64,000 nt of DNA from Mobula birostris (taxonomy: Eukaryota), in assembly GCF_030028105.1 (NCBI RefSeq), contig NC_092400.1:16244001-16308000 (forward strand), given 5' to 3'. This document shows, one piece after another, positions 63,276 through 64,000 of this stretch; positions within the stretch are counted from its first letter, which is position 1; each line of letters opens with the position of its first letter. The translations under genes were made by a program, and so were the position numbers. The notes below the pieces were generated by a model that saw only the letters and a program-made list of their open reading frames with translations, was not told the origin of the DNA and did no database searches.

Positions 63276-64000
63276 CTTTTGGTTTTTATTTTGGATTTTC
63301 AACATCTGCTGTTTTTATTTGATATTTCACTGGTTGTGATCAGATGAATTCAATCTGCTCCCAGGAATTGATGTGGTTTTAAAATATTTTAATGAGGCTG
63401 TTGGCTCCTGTTTGATTTCCTGCTTTATAACAGGTTTAACCCTGATCGGCCGGGAATACTGGAGAGACAAGGCCAGTGTTAGGGGAAAAATGAAGTGCTG
63501 TACTTGGTTCAGGAGAAAGAGGAGTTCTTCCAGCCAGCTTTACTAGTTACTGACTCTCATGCCCCATTCCATCCCAACCAAAAGCAAAACCCAATTCTGC
63601 CTCAAGTTTTGACACACCCACCAGTAGCTGCTAGTGTTACTTGCTGTCTCACTCTCTGGAGGTTTGTCACTTGCGAGCAGGAAGCCTCACAAGGAAAGGT
63701 TCATCCTGTGGAGTCGTCCAAGCCCATTGAAGCATTCATTCTCAAGAAACATGTCAAAACCAAGGGCAATGTTTCAGATCATCAATCGTCCATCAGATTT
63801 CAGTTTCTTTCACCTTTAAAAACTGGTCTTCATGATTGTTTGGTATCAGGTAGTAATTGAGATTTTCCTCCCTAAAAGTAAGTTCGGTGTGGCACTATTA
63901 TTTTCATAGGAAAAGCAAGTGAATGAATGGGAATCTAATTGTAGATCAAAGGAATCTTTCTTATCCTATGAATTTTTTATTGTCATACAAATCCTAGTGG

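Noticed and set aside
63495-63860. 121-aa ORF (also 41208-41516 and 59053-59316) as novel genes
   Set aside because: No recognisable domain, non-ATG starts and no clear splice support; such lengths are expected by chance.

Overview
Eukaryotic, repeat-dense vertebrate DNA. The repeat set (HE1/V-SINE-like SINEs, HER1-type CR1 LINEs, Rex1/Babar, Penelope tails, DeuSINE remnants) points to an elasmobranch, probably a ray; this is inferred from remembered families, not searched. Only one host exon is supportable: a 193-nt + strand internal exon (19607-19799) of a TMEM132-family gene, so the rest of the window is most likely its two long flanking introns. The remaining ORF-track entries are either decayed retroelement fragments or short ORFs with no recognisable product. 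The most notable structures are: (1) Penelope-like 3' ends carrying minimal type-I hammerhead ribozyme motifs, one with an intact core on the pre-mRNA strand; (2) repeated back-to-back fold-back Penelope tails whose inversion points lie in or next to the hammerhead; (3) a 32-unit 26-bp minisatellite born inside a SINE, with about 19 ACTAAC motifs; (4) a 110-bp inverted duplication abutting a Penelope GIY-YIG fragment; (5) non-coding elements with Rex1 or RTE tails. No CRISPR array, rRNA or true tRNA gene was seen. Repeat boundaries are read by eye and are approximate.
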